Shown: piece after piece, positions 50,711 through 63,395 of the stretch
How positions within the stretch are numbered: the first letter of the stretch is position 1
Layout of the letters: each line of letters opens with the position of its first letter
DNA from: Takakia lepidozioides
Lineage: Eukaryota > Plantae > Bryophyta
Assembly (NCBI GenBank): GCA_030704615.1
Contig: CM060733.1
Location: forward strand, 63,302,001-63,366,000
Direction of reading: 5' to 3'
Length of the DNA: 64,000 bases
Program-made: the position numbers and the translations under genes
The notes under the pieces: generated by a model
Seen by the model: the letters and a program-made list of their open reading frames with translations, nothing else
Database searches by the model: none
Told to the model about the DNA's origin: nothing

Positions 50711-51461
50711 GAGATGATTCGGAGGAACCCACACGGTGCTGTACCTGCACCTTGTTTCAGCGGCAGATTTTTGACTCCCACATTTTCTCACGCCACAACG
50801 TAGACGTTTTGGTTCTGTAGGCACGACGTAATGACTTGTGTATTTGGCAAGCCCAAGTACGGGATTCGGGGAATGCCGGAGCCTCCGGACGTCTGGCCTG
50901 TTGCACCGGGTTGCAACCTCTCTCAGAATGAGGCGGATTTTCTACAGCAGGATTTCGAATGGTGCAACGCACAGGCGTCCCGGCCCACCCATTTCCAGTT
51001 CCTCAGACCCAGCCATTGCAGACTGCTTGGTCCAATAGAGACGGATTGGACAATTCTGCACATCCCACAATGCGATTCGGAAGAGTGAAGAGACGACACC
51101 CTCCCAACAAGTTGAATGAGACTCGGATTCCAATGCTCTTGGGATGGTTTGCACTATTCAGAGCTCCGTGGACGTACCCGCACCCGGCCTTGGGCGTGTT
51201 TATCGGATGGCAACGGCCGGTTCAGCTGTACGCGACGACGTATACACAATTACAATTGGAGTGGAGCCGACCTGCAATTGTACGGACTTCTCGTTGATGG
51301 AAGCAAAGAAGGGGTCAAAGTATTATCCGTGCAAGCATCTGTATTACATTTACCTGAAGAGATTGAGGATGAACTTGACTATTGATGACTTTGTTTATGC
51401 ACCAGCGTTGAGCGTGAATGAGCTGCACAAACTCCTGCACCGGGATTCCAGAAATCATTGA
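50711..51461 (+). pseudogene. Element-3 transposase C-terminus (SWIM), inverted relative to the rest
   Basis: EMIRRNP.GAVPAP ... CNCTDF...YPCKHLYY continues the sequence that breaks at 52235. Confidence 0.85.
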
Positions 51462-51734
51462 TGGGGCAAAGGGAATGCACCATATGGATATTTGCAATTG
51501 CATTTTTATGCATTAGACTTTGTTTTGCAGTGTAATGAAAAGCACCCCAAAACTCCAAGAATGAGACAGACAATATTAAAGTAATCTCTTTTAAACACTA
51601 TGGACTTCTGGATATCCGTTGACATCCAATGACAATTCAATGTCGAAACAGAATCCATAATAAGATGGCGGCATGAAAAATTTGCAGATCTTTCAGAAAA
51701 GTGAGTTTCAACAATAGCAGATGTGGGGGCATTT

Positions 51735-52045
51735 CTGGAAAAATGGCGCCGAATTTCCCTATTTTGGGCCAAAAATTGGCTAAGTCCTAACATGTATGGG
51801 AACGATGTCTGGAAAAATGGCGCCGAATTTCCAGTTATATGGCCCAGAACTGTGCAATCCCCGGCACCATGTACCGAATTCGGCGCCACATTTCCAAATT
51901 TTGGGCTTACACACCTGCCATGTTGGGACCTATAGCCATGAAATTCGGCACCATTTTTTGCCGGAGGCACCTATTACCACAAAATACGTTGCAGATTTCT
52001 CCGGTTGCGGAACCTATTACCGCGAGAATCGGCACCATTTTTGCA
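51735..52045. repeat. Element-3 palindrome copies (GGAAA(A/T)T(C)GG-CG/CA-CCRAWTTTCC-like)
   Basis: Centres at 51745, 51819, 51882, 51947 and 52031. Confidence 0.75.
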
Positions 52046-52234
52046 GATGTCGCTCGGAATTTACATGAACGGAAGACAAAATATCATGAGCACGGCTCCC
52101 AAAACTACAGTTTCAGCTTCAAACAATGAATATTATGTTAGTTTTGTTCTGATAAATTCCATTTAAATAATTTTTTGATGTTTTTTATTTCCAAAATTTG
52201 TACTTCTGCTCATGAAAACCGATTGTCTTATCTC

Positions 52235-54540
52235 GTATCCACCCGGATGGCGCAGCACTTCCCTCGAAATGCCAACAATGTCCTTGCAATTCTCCACTGT
52301 GACTCCGACACTCTGGTCTCCACAATGGGTATGTTGTACTGCGTTACTACATATGGTTCGTTATGTTCATTGGGCACGTGCCCTATGCTCAAAGGAGATG
52401 GCGATATTGAACGTGCAGGACTTGCGTTGCTCGACGAGACCTCCTCGGGCAACATCACGGGACCACGAGGGAACGTGCGAATATTCTTGTCAGCTCGCCA
52501 TGAATCCTCTTCTCCGTCAGGTGCCTTGTCAAGTCTTCATCTCACTAGACGGGTGTGAACATCTCCTTCCAAGTGTTGGCCTCTTCGAAGCAATGGCATG
52601 TCCCAAAGGCCATCTCGCAAGGCTGCCGCCCACTTCCGAGGATTCTTCGATCTGGAGGCAGTCCGCATCAGCATTTCCTGTTTGGCCGACTTTCCTTTTC
52701 AAAAACTCGTTGTACCTGCATTGCTACATAATTGACCTCATAATGTCCTCCGTTGTGGCAGTGAGGATGTCCACCAGATGCGCCGCAGAGGAGGCACGCC
52801 AGGAAGAATGTACTGATTCGGCCATGTTTGTTGTCGGCATGTCGGTGTCGGAGTCCAGACACATTTCCTGCACATGCACATACTGAGGTTACAAGCAAAT
52901 TACAAATAATGACTAGCATAATATTCAACGGGACGCGAATTCCTCCAACTCACCTCCCGCATATAGTCGTCGAACTGGAGGAAACGATAATGCCACCATG
53001 CTAGCCAACTGACCATTGCTCCCTCGTCTGATTTCTTTACAGCACCTGACGTTGTCCACCAAGCCCATATACATGCAAATTGTGTCTCTGCATCATCCAA
53101 GGTGGGAGCACGCTTCCACGCAAGACACATGGAACGGTGCTCCTCTCTAAAATCTGGCGCCACAAGCCTGGTTGTGAACTGCGACAAGCTCTGCAGAAAA
53201 TGGAACCCACAAGATCTCTCCTTGCCTTCCATCGGAACATTGGGTCTTCCCCGTACCCCCTTCGGATGGCAGCCCAATTTGCTTGTGCGTTGTTTGCCAT
53301 GAAACCATGGAAATTGGGCGGGGGCAATCCCGCCCTGGCCTTCTGTTTGTTTATTCCCTGCCAAAGAAGCATCTCCAATTGTGTGTCATCTCCTTTCATC
53401 TCACAAATAGCAATTGTCATTAGCATCCTGCAGTGGGTGTCGTAGACATGTGCACCCATTGTCACCCACTGGTGATTTGTAATTCGCTTGATATGGTCGA
53501 ACATGATCCAACTGTTTGAGAAGTCCCCACTCGTCATCCGGTGGACCAGTTCCACGCCGCTGCCAGGCCCACACGTGGACATTTTGAATATGAAACAATG
53601 ATCTGCCTCAGTCCCTTGTCCTGGAAACCTACTTCCATGAATGTAGTCATATCCACATCGTCGCTTCACCTCCAGAATGGAGTGCATATCTGAGCCCCGC
53701 CCCATTCTCTGTTTGTAGGAGAGAATGTGATTACGGACATTCGGTGAACAGACGTGGGACACTGACTCCAGCAATGCCTCCATTTCCTTCTCATCGAGAG
53801 GAACTCTGTCGGAGCCATCTTCCGACATAATTCTGGCCAATGCCATCTTATGGGCGGCCTGCAGCTGTATCTGTTTGGGTTTGGCACCAGGTTTCAACTT
53901 AACCTCCTCCTGAATGAGCTGCTCTACCTCGTGGGCAGCCTCCCGCGAGTTCCCCCTCATCAATTTGTGACAATGCACACCAACGTGTTTGCAAGCTCGT
54001 GCAGTGAGGTCAGGGAAACGGTGCAACACATAGAACTTCTTGGCATTACAAACAGACATGCAATGTGGTGGTTCTTTGCAATGCACACACTTAAATGTGG
54101 AGTTTGGAACCTTTTCCTGAGCTCAAAATGGTTGATGAGCTGTGCCTGTCCAATCCGTCTTGTTCTTGTGACCTCTGGATTTAAAGTGGAAGCAAGTTGG
54201 GGAGAAACACCGCAGCGCGCCCGCACACCATCGAGCATCTTCATGCTGGTGGTTTTGGTAACGCACCAAGGATGACCGTTATGTTTCCTATCCATATCTG
54301 TCAACATTCCGGACGCCCTCGAATAGTCCGTTCGAGGAGGGAACTCAAAGAAGATGTTGCCGTCGACGTCTGCAGGAAGGCATGTCACGGATTTAATTGC
54401 AAACTTGTTGTAGTCCAGCCCAGCCAGCTCCGAGTGGTATCCCTCCATATGAAGCCCTCGCAGAATTTCAAGAATGGATTGAGTTGTTGAGCTCGTGCTG
54501 GGAATATGACTCCCTCGTCCGCTGATGTCCATTGAGGACT
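52235..54540 (-). pseudogene. Element-3 transposase N-terminal and DDE part; intron 52868-52953
   Basis: WIMFDHIKRITNHQWVTMGAHVYD, CGFHF and RGKCCAIRVDT are colinear with element 2. Confidence 0.88.
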
Positions 54541-54542
54541 TG

Positions 54543-55243
54543 TGTCGCGGCCCTTTGCCTTGAGGGCAGGGGGTCGGGACACGAGAGGGGCTGCCCCTGT
54601 GGTGGGGGCAGTGGCAACAATAGGTACGGGGGCTGAAGCACCCTTGAGTGCCCAAGGCACTCAAGGAGGTGGAGCCCCGCACACCGGGTTGCGGTGGGGG
54701 TGGTTCCACGAGGGGTGGTGGTAGCTAGTGGATCTTAGTGGGGGTGGCATGGGACTCCATGGGGCGGAGACCTTGCGGTGGGAGTCGTGGGGAGTCTTGG
54801 GACTCATCACGGTCCAATGGGCCGTGGTGGGTGGACCAAGACTCACCGCGACTCATCACCGGGAATGGAGGGTCTTCGTGGTGGTTCGCCATAAAATGAC
54901 TGGGTTGTTTGTGAAACCCCCGTGGACAGTCACAGAAGTATATATAGGGTACTAACCCCGAGAACGGTGCAAGCCCGTGGTGACCAAAAACTAGTGAGTA
55001 AGCGTGCGAGCCGGAAAGCAACCAAGGTGTGGGGAGCTGTTCCGGACTGCCAACAACCAAAGGGAATTTCCACTAGGCCCACATTGAGCGAGGGTCTGGT
55101 GGAGGAGCAAAGGGGGACCGTTATCTCCCGGTGAGCAGCCGAAGCTCCAAGTTGGCCCGGCGGCCAGTTTGGGAGTTAGGCGCGCGCATCAAAGCGAATA
55201 ACTATGACATGAAGGGGAGCTTGCCAAAGTGAGGTGCACGACA
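54543..55243 (+). repeat. 5' LTR (TGTCG...CGACA)
   Basis: Inverted termini; followed after 2 nt by the PBS. Confidence 0.8.
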
Positions 55244-55245
55244 CT

Positions 55246-55257
55246 TGGTATCAGAGC
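55246..55257 (+). promoter_or_regulatory. Primer-binding site for initiator tRNA-Met
   Basis: TGGTATCAGAGC. Confidence 0.9.
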
Positions 55258-55278
55258 TTAGAGTTCAATACGTGATTG

Positions 55279-58200
55279 TCCTTGAAATTGGCCTCATCAT
55301 GGGGTCGGGCAAGACAAAGCAAAAGCGGAACAGCCCGAAAGATGATGATCCTGGTGAGCCCGGTGGGGGCGACGTGTCACCGAAGCGGCAATTGGAAGAG
55401 GTGATTCATGCTTCTGAAAGCGAGGCCACTCAAGAACGGGAGGAATTTTGGGAGTCGGAGCCCAAGGACTTCCCGGAGGTTCTGCCAGACCAACAGATGC
55501 CTCCCATGCCAACAGCCTTTTGGAAAGGGTTGTTGGCGCAGTTTGGCGGGACATTGAAAGACGTGTTGAAGGCGGCTAATGCCACTTCCACTAAGACAAA
55601 GTTTAAGGTGAAGCCTAAGGAACCCGACACCTTTGAGAGCGTCCGAAATCGGAAGGCACTCAACACCTGGCTCTTGGAGCTAGAGCAGTACTTCCGGGCG
55701 GCCAAGTTGAGTGACGAGGATCGGGTGGAAGTGGCTCCCACCTATTTGAGAGGCTATGCTCAACAATGGTGGCAGAAACGCCTTCATGACCAAGGTCCAA
55801 ACCCAGAAACCTTGAGCTGGAGTGGGTTCAAGGAACTTATGAAAAGATAGTTTGTGCCCCTCAACGTGTCCTGGCTCGCCCGGGACAAGATAAGGAATTT
55901 GAAGCAAACGGATGACATTCAGGGATATGTTCACGCTTTCAATGTGCTGTTGCTTGAAGTCGCGGATATGGCAGAACCAGAAATGGTCTTCAACTTTGTG
56001 GTGGGACTGGCCCCATGGGCCAGGCGGAAGTTGGAGTAGAAGCCACCTAAGACTTTGAACGAGGCAATTGAAAGGGCTGAATGTTTCTCGGATGTCCCTA
56101 GGGGCGAAAGACAAGGTCGTACGGAGCTGATCCACAAGAAGACTCGGCGGGAGGGTGACTCCTTCCGACCGGAAAAGAAGTGGGATAGGCCACGCGGCGA
56201 CAATGGCACATGGAAATCGAAGGGCGGGCCTTCACACGTCAAGGCGGCACCCGGTGCTCTGAAAGGAAAATCAGGTGCAACCGCTTATGGTGGACAGAAG
56301 GCGACCTTCGATGGGGTGTGCTTTAATTGCGGGGAGCCCGGGCACATGGCTAAGAAGTGCACGAAGCCCCGTCAATTGAACATGATTTGGGCGACCACGG
56401 AGCTGTCCGAAGAGTCCATCAGCTGCTTGGTGGAAGCGGTGGTCGCCAAGACGTGCAAGGTAGGCAACTACTCTTGTGAGTTGTATCAGGAGACAAGCGC
56501 CCTGCGTAAACGGAGTCAGTTAATGTTCGTGAGTGGGATAATCTTTGGAACTAACGTGTCCTTGTTGGTGGACACAGGAGTGTCGCACTCCTTCATGACA
56601 CCGGCAATGGCACGGAAGCTGGGGCTCCCGACAAGTCATGTGGCCTCTATTGAAGTGCATTCTGCCAAAGGAGAACCACAATTGGCGACGAGGTTGGCGT
56701 TCAATGTTCCTCTTCAGCTCGGGAGTTGGGAGGGACGTGAGAACTTCACCATTTGCGAGATCGATGGAGTGGATATCATTTTGGGGATGACCTTTTTGAG
56801 CAAATCCGGAGCGGTCATAGATGGCCGCAAGAGAATAGTCACGCTACCATGTGGGAATGGTGGCAAAGGGTTACGGGTGTCGGAAACGCCCAACCCAGTG
56901 GGAGGGCAAATAAACCTGCTGTCAGCAAAGGAGTGGGCCGTGGAGGAGCCACACGAGCCCCAGTTTTTGCTTTACGTAAGACAAGTGGAGGGAGAAGGCA
57001 ATAGGGAGCCGAGCCCATATTGGATCAAGGGGATCTTGGAGAAATACCAGGATGTGATGCCGGAGGATTTACCAAGCGGCTTGCCACCGCGAAGAGGAGT
57101 TGACCACAAGATTGAGGTGATACCGGGATCGGAGCCGCCTGCCAAGGCGCCCTATCGGTTGAGCCACAGAGAGTTGGTCGAGATGAAGGCTCAGCTCAAG
57201 GATCTAATGTCAAAGGGGTACATCCGTCCGAGTAAGTCACCTTACGGAGCCCCGGTGCTATTCGCAGACAAGAAGGATGGGACGCTGCGGATGTGTGTCG
57301 ATTACAGGGCTCTGAATAAGTGACTATAAAAAACCGGTACCCTTTGCCATGTATCGACGACCTCTTCGATCGGTTGGCAGGAGCGAAGTATTTCAGCCGG
57401 ATCAATTTGCGCTCCAGCTACCATCAAATCCGAGTGGCGGAAGGAGATGAGGAGAAGACCGCGTGCAGGACAAGATATGATTCATATGAATTCTTGGTGA
57501 TGCCTTTTGGGCTCACCAACGCACTCGCAACCTTTAGCACGCTAATGAACAGCCTATTCCAAGAGTGGTTGGATGACTTTGTGATCGTGTACATTGACGA
57601 CATCTTGGTGTACTCGAAAACAATGGAAGAGCACCTGGAGCACCTAAAAAGGGTGTTCCAGAAATTGCGGGAAGGGAAGCTGTATGCCAAAGCTTCAAAG
57701 TGCAAATTTGGGGTCACAAAAGTGGAGTTCATGGGGCATGTGATTACACAAGATGGGATCAAAATGGATGACAGAAAGGTGAGGGCGATCTTGGACTGGG
57801 AGCCTCCGACTTCGGTCTCGGGAGTGCGATCCTTCATAGGACTCGCTTCCTATTACCGAAAGTATGTGAGAAATTTTGTCAAGATCGCGGGGCCGCTGTC
57901 AGACCTTCTGTGTAAGTCCAAGGTATGGGTATGGAACACCTTTTGTGGCCAAGCTTTTGCCGAGTTGAAGCAGCGGATGGCGGAAGCTCCAGTCCTAAAA
58001 ATCCCGGAGTTCGACCATCCATTTGAGATTCATACAGATGCGTCGGGTTTCGTAATTGGGGGTGTGCTCATGCAGGATGGACGTCCAGTGGCTTACGAAA
58101 GTAAGAAACTGAATGAATTGGAGCGACGGTGGCCTACGTACGAGAAAGAAATGAAGGCGGTGGTGCATTGCCTTGAGCTTTGGTGCCACTATGTTGGTTC

Positions 58201-59847
58201 CAACCCGGTGAAGGTGTTCACGGACAATGTCACAGTGAAATATTTTGCCACGCAGCCTAAGTTGTCCCCAAAACAACTTAGGTGGCAAGACACTTTGGCA
58301 GTGTTCGACGTGGATATCCAGTACAAATCGGGATGGGACAATGTGGTGGCCAATGCTTTAAGTAGAAAGCAGCAGCTCATGTTGGTGTACAGGGGCGAGA
58401 CGGCGCTCCAAAGGAAGATCCGGAAGGCTTACCAGAAGGATGAGATGGTGAAGTCCGTGATGCGGGACTTGAGGATGGGAGTTAAATTGCAGTTCCACTT
58501 GCACAATGGACTGCTCCGGTACAAGCAAAAGCACCTCTATGTGCCGAAGGGAGGGATCAGAGATAGTCTCTTGAGATAATGCTACGATGGCCCGCTTGCG
58601 GGCCACGGCGGAGCCAAGCGCACCGCGGCACTCTTGAAGAAAGAGTATTTCTGGCCCAAACTGAGGGAGGAGGCCGAGGATTATGTCAAGACATGCACCA
58701 CATGCCAACAAAACCGAAGCGAGTACAAAAAGCAAGCGGGGCTGTTACAACCCTTGCCGATTCCAGAGGGGTCTTGGGAAAGTGTCTTGATGGATTTCAT
58801 GAATGCTATGCCGCTGTCAAAAGGATTCGATGCAATCATGGTGGTGGTGTATAGCTTCAGTAAAATGGGCCATTTCATTCCCACCAAAGAGACGGCAACG
58901 GTGCAGGAGACGGGGCGACTATACTTCGCTCACGTCTTCAAGCATCATGGACTCCCGAAGGATATTGTCTCGGACCGCGATCCAAAGTTTACAAGTAAAT
59001 TTTGGAGAGCACTTTGGAAGAAAATGGGGACGAGGCTCAAGATGAGCACCGCCTTCCGACCTACGACGGACGGCCAAACGGAAAGAGTGAATTCCGTGGT
59101 GACACAGATCTTGCGGAATTATGTGTCGGCAAACCAATCAGACTGGGTGGAGCACTTGGATGCGGCAGAGCTCTGCTATAATAACACAAAACACTCCGCA
59201 ATGGGAGTTTTCCCTTTCGTATTGGTCTATGGAAAAGCACCTCTGGTGCCAACAAGGTGGGCCGCCCAGGACGTTGAGGAACCGGCAGCAGCAGTGGTGC
59301 TTGAAGAACGTGAGCGTTTGTTGGAGCTCGCAAAGTACAACATTGCCAAAGCTAGAAAACGGTATGAACGGCAGGTGAGTCGGAAGTGGAGGGAAGTTAA
59401 GTTTGAGGCAGGCACAAAGGTCTGGTTGAACATCAAGAATTTTTTACTACCTCCAGAAATGAGTCCGAAGTTCGTACCTCCGTATGCGGGGCCCTTTTGC
59501 ATCCGGAAGGTTATGAATGAGGATGTGTATGAATTGGAGCTGCCGGCAAATAGCTGCATCCGGTATTCCATGTCTCCCTTTTGAAGCCTTACTTCAAATA
59601 TGAAGCGCGTCCGAATCGGCATCAAGTGTTGCGTCTGCCACCTGTGTTGTTGGATCATGAAAATGAACCTGAGTACGAGGCAGTGCTTAAGTCGAGGAGG
59701 TTCAAGAATCAAGAAACGGAGTATCTCGTGAAATGGAAGGGCTATCATCAAGTGGAGGCAACTTGGGTGCGTGCCTCAGAAATGGGAAACGCATCCGAGG
59801 CGGTTGCAGCTTTCGAAGGGCGACCTCAAAAGTGGAAGAAGCATTGA
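55279..59847 (+). pseudogene. gag-pol polyprotein with stops and frameshifts
   Basis: [14 protein letters not shown] knuckle, LVDTG protease, [17 protein letters not shown] RNase H, IVSDRDPKFTS/DGQTERVN integrase and EYLVKWKGY chromodomain. Confidence 0.93.
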
Positions 59848-61354
59848 TGGGGACATCAACCTTGGAGCGTGGGGGAGGAAATGCATGCTTAGTCCGGCTT
59901 AGCTAGCTCAGGAATCCAATTGCAAAAACTTGTGTTGTACAAATTTTGTTATAAATGAAATGGTTTCCAAATGTTGTGCTTCCTATTTTGTTTGGAATGG
60001 TGATGCATGGTATGGTTGGCTAGTGTGTAGAATGCATGCTAGCTTACAAAAGTGGGAGAGGTAAATTGGATTAATCGTGTGTTTGCGCAGTGCCGAAATC
60101 GGGTGACTCCCATCCAAGGGGCAAGGAAACTTGCGCCTTCTTTGGGAGTTCACGTGCTAGTGCGCATCTGGCGCGTGCACGTACTATAACTGCGTTACCG
60201 AGGGGGTTTCTTTGTAATGCGGGCTAACGCAGAAGTTACGTGCTTCCGTTCACGTACTATAATCGTGCAACCTCGGGATGAAGTCGTAGTGCGGCTTTGG
60301 CGTGTTCCCGTACCTCAGGCCAGCATTCCAAGGCGGACCCAATTGTAGTGATTGGGGTGCACGGTTGGTTCAAGGTTATCTTCCTAGTCAAAAGGGGGTT
60401 CAAGGTGAACCCTTGCTCAAGGTCATGCCAAAAGCGGCATCATGAGCCCTCGCAAGCAATGTTGTTGCAGTAAGGCGATTGAAAATATCCCCTGACTTGG
60501 GCGAGAAGTCCCACGGGGTAAGATGCTTGTTTGGGCAGTTGTTGGGATCCCGGCACGCCATCACCGACTATTGAAAGGGCTGCTAGGAAGCAGAGAGGGT
60601 GCGCAGGGAAGTGGGAGTGTGGGAGGAGATGAAGTGAGATGAGCTCGGAGCGAGGAAGTGCTGTTGTTGTCTCGGTTTGAAACGCGTGGGTGACGAGCGA
60701 AGGTGGGGCAAGTGGCAAAGAAAAAGCGCAGCATTTAATATGCCCGTACCCAGGAATGAGGCGCAACATTTACTTCGACATGAAGTCCAATCGGAGGGTG
60801 ACGGTCGCACGTGGCTGCCAGAGATCAAACAAGTATTATTACCAAGTGTGCCAGTCCACTGTATGTTTCTGACCAGTATAGCCAGTTAACGTTATGTTAT
60901 TGTTTGAAACATGTATCCTACTTAGAACCAGCATGAAATCCAGGGCAGAGCATATTAAATCATGCTTTTAGATTTCTGTCCCCTAGCCCACTAATCATAG
61001 TTGATTTAAACCCAGGTTCTCAGTGTAATATAATCAACCATTGGCCTCTTTGGGGGGTCACTCCCCGTATTTTCAAAACCACGTGAGAACAAATATAGGG
61101 TATAGTTTTTTTTTTGAGGTAAAATTTAGAAAAAAATTACTTAGAAAAAAAAAATGGTAGGACAATATCTTTTCACCCAGTTTTTTTAAAAAAAATGTCA
61201 CAAAAAATCCAGAGTTTTACTTAAAAAATTAATGTAATAAAAGGTTTTATCTACAGTATAATATATCCATCCTTGTGAAGTTTCTCATATTTCATCCAAC
61301 TCTAATCCATCAGGATGAAATCTTCTCAAAACTTCATTCATTCATCAGGCTTGT

Positions 61355-61594
61355 TTGATGAATAAGCGTACTCTACCCAAATCTGGAGGTCCTTCGATTA
61401 TGATGTTTTTGAATTGGTTATCTAAAGGTAGAGGTCACCTGAAGTTCAAATTTGATTTCAGTGATACACAGAAGATTGATGTTGAGACCATAATCTCAAC
61501 AGTGACTATGACATTTGAACCATCTCAGAACTTGTACTCTTTAGATCCAAGTGATGCTGCGGCTTTGAATGAGTTTGTGGCTAATGAAAATTAA
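61355..61594 (+). other. Isolated coding-like C-terminal fragment of unknown origin
   Basis: KGRGHLKFKFDFSDTQKIDVETIISTV... reads as protein-like sequence in an AT-rich context; no assignment. Confidence 0.25.
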
Positions 61595-62861
61595 ACTTTT
61601 CTTTGGGTCTAGCATTTGACTTATGTATGGAATGTTGTTTGTGTATATGCTTTGAAATTTTACAATTATTTATAAGCGAATCAGCCAGGATACTCACCAC
61701 CCATTCCTCGCCATAAAACTTACATAGTCTGGATATCAGCTTATTGCTGTAGTATCCTACAACTCTTTGTCCCTTGTATCTCATAGACATATTTAGGGTC
61801 TCAATCGATGATTACCTTGCAGACATCGAAGCAGATGTATCTTGTTTTCCCAGTCTCATTTGATATCTAATCGTTTCACTACTGGAATCGTAATTGGGTG
61901 TCATGGATCAGCAAACAGGGATAAGAGAACACTGTACAAACCCACTCCAAACAAGTGTAATGCAGGATGGTAGCAACCTGCTGCCCATCTATACACCGTC
62001 CTGGTTTTAAAGCCAGTTTTTCCAAAGGTATGATAAGCACATAGCATATTACATATGCATATTTGCTTAGTGGTGCTACATAGAGCAAAGGCACTTGTAG
62101 AGAGGTATGAAAGCATATGAGCCTAAGAGTGTCTAAAACTGATACAAGGCATCAGCTACAGGATACCATCTAACACGAGTAGTGTGCATTGACCGGATCA
62201 TGTAGAAGGTGTACGCATACTCCTTCAGGTGGTTTTACCTGGGCCTAGCTCAATATATCAATATGAAGACAACACTCAAAAGCACTATGCTTATCTTAAA
62301 GACCTCCGTGCTTAAATTCACCAACAAGTTTTTGCTGGAGGACATACCTTATTAAGGTCATTGCTCCATATCTTTGTCATGGAGGGACCTTCTGCCAGGC
62401 CAGAAAAAAAACCATGTCAGTATATCAACATGATAAAGAAATAACCAAAAAGGAAAGTGGTAGATGGTGTGTACAAGAACCACCAAGTACACTGGAAATA
62501 GAAAGAGAGGGAAGATACTCGTGTCATGTCAAGACATGGACAAGACCCACTAGGGTCATTGTCAATTAAAGACATAAACAGCCCATAAACAGGGCACCAT
62601 CTAACACTTCCATTCTTGTCATGACTTCCCAATTGATTTCACCCAATCATTCATGATAAAACAGGGTGGGAGGGCGGGGTTTGTTTATGTACATGTCATG
62701 ACAACAAGACAAGCATATAAGCAAACATCTTGTGTACTGAAAAATCAGATTGCTGCAGCCTGTCATACCTTTTCCTGGCATCATAATTACAGCAAGATAT
62801 GCATTCTAGAGCAAAACATCTTGGATATGTGAAGCCAGCCTGCAGTATTACAGATTCAAGA

Positions 62862-63395
62862 CCCATCAAGATGCGTGTGTATACATGTCTTGAATCTTTA
62901 GTATGGCAGGCTGTTCTTACTTACCCAAGGGGCCTTGCATGATGCATGTCTTGGGGTAATTACAAATGGTAAAGAATGAGGTTGCAATATGCTTTGTCAT
63001 GCCCAAGAGGGTTACTTGGTTGCATGCTTGGAATCTGATAAACTGCGGCTGGTCCATCAAGATGCTTGTGCATACATATCTTGAATCTGTAATATGGCAG
63101 GTTGTTCTTACTTGCCCAAGATGCCCTGCATGATGCATGTCTTGGGGTAATACTGATAAGGTAGGCTGCAAATTATCTTGTCATACCCAAGATGTTTGTT
63201 GGAAGGGCACCAGCCTGCGGTTTCAGATTCCAAACATGCAACCAAGTAACCCTCTTGGGCATGACAAGACAGATTGCAGCCTCATTCTATACCATTCATA
63301 ATTGTCCCAAGACATGCATCATGCAAGGCATCTTGGGCATGGAAGAACGACCTGCCATATTACAAATTCAAGACATGGACACACAAAAATCTTGA
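62862..63395. repeat. ~190-bp unit in direct (62862-63052; 63053-63195 partial) and inverted (63210-63395) copies
   Basis: GTCATGCCCAAGAGGGTTACTTGGTTGCATG versus CATGCAACCAAGTAACCCTCTTGGGCATGAC. Confidence 0.8.

Larger units (their letters stand above)
50662..54542 (-). mobile_element. MULE element 3, right (transposase) part, with an internal inversion; interrupted by a Gypsy insertion
   Basis: TIR GAGGTTAGCTATTTCATGAGC at 50662. Transposase is closely related to that of element 2. The other end is not seen in the window. Confidence 0.85.
54543..59880 (+). mobile_element. Ty3/Gypsy chromovirus (5' LTR, PBS, gag-pol with chromodomain), degenerate; 3' LTR not found
   Basis: Domain order gag-PR-RT-RH-IN-CHD; purine tract at ~59871. 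Confidence 0.93.
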
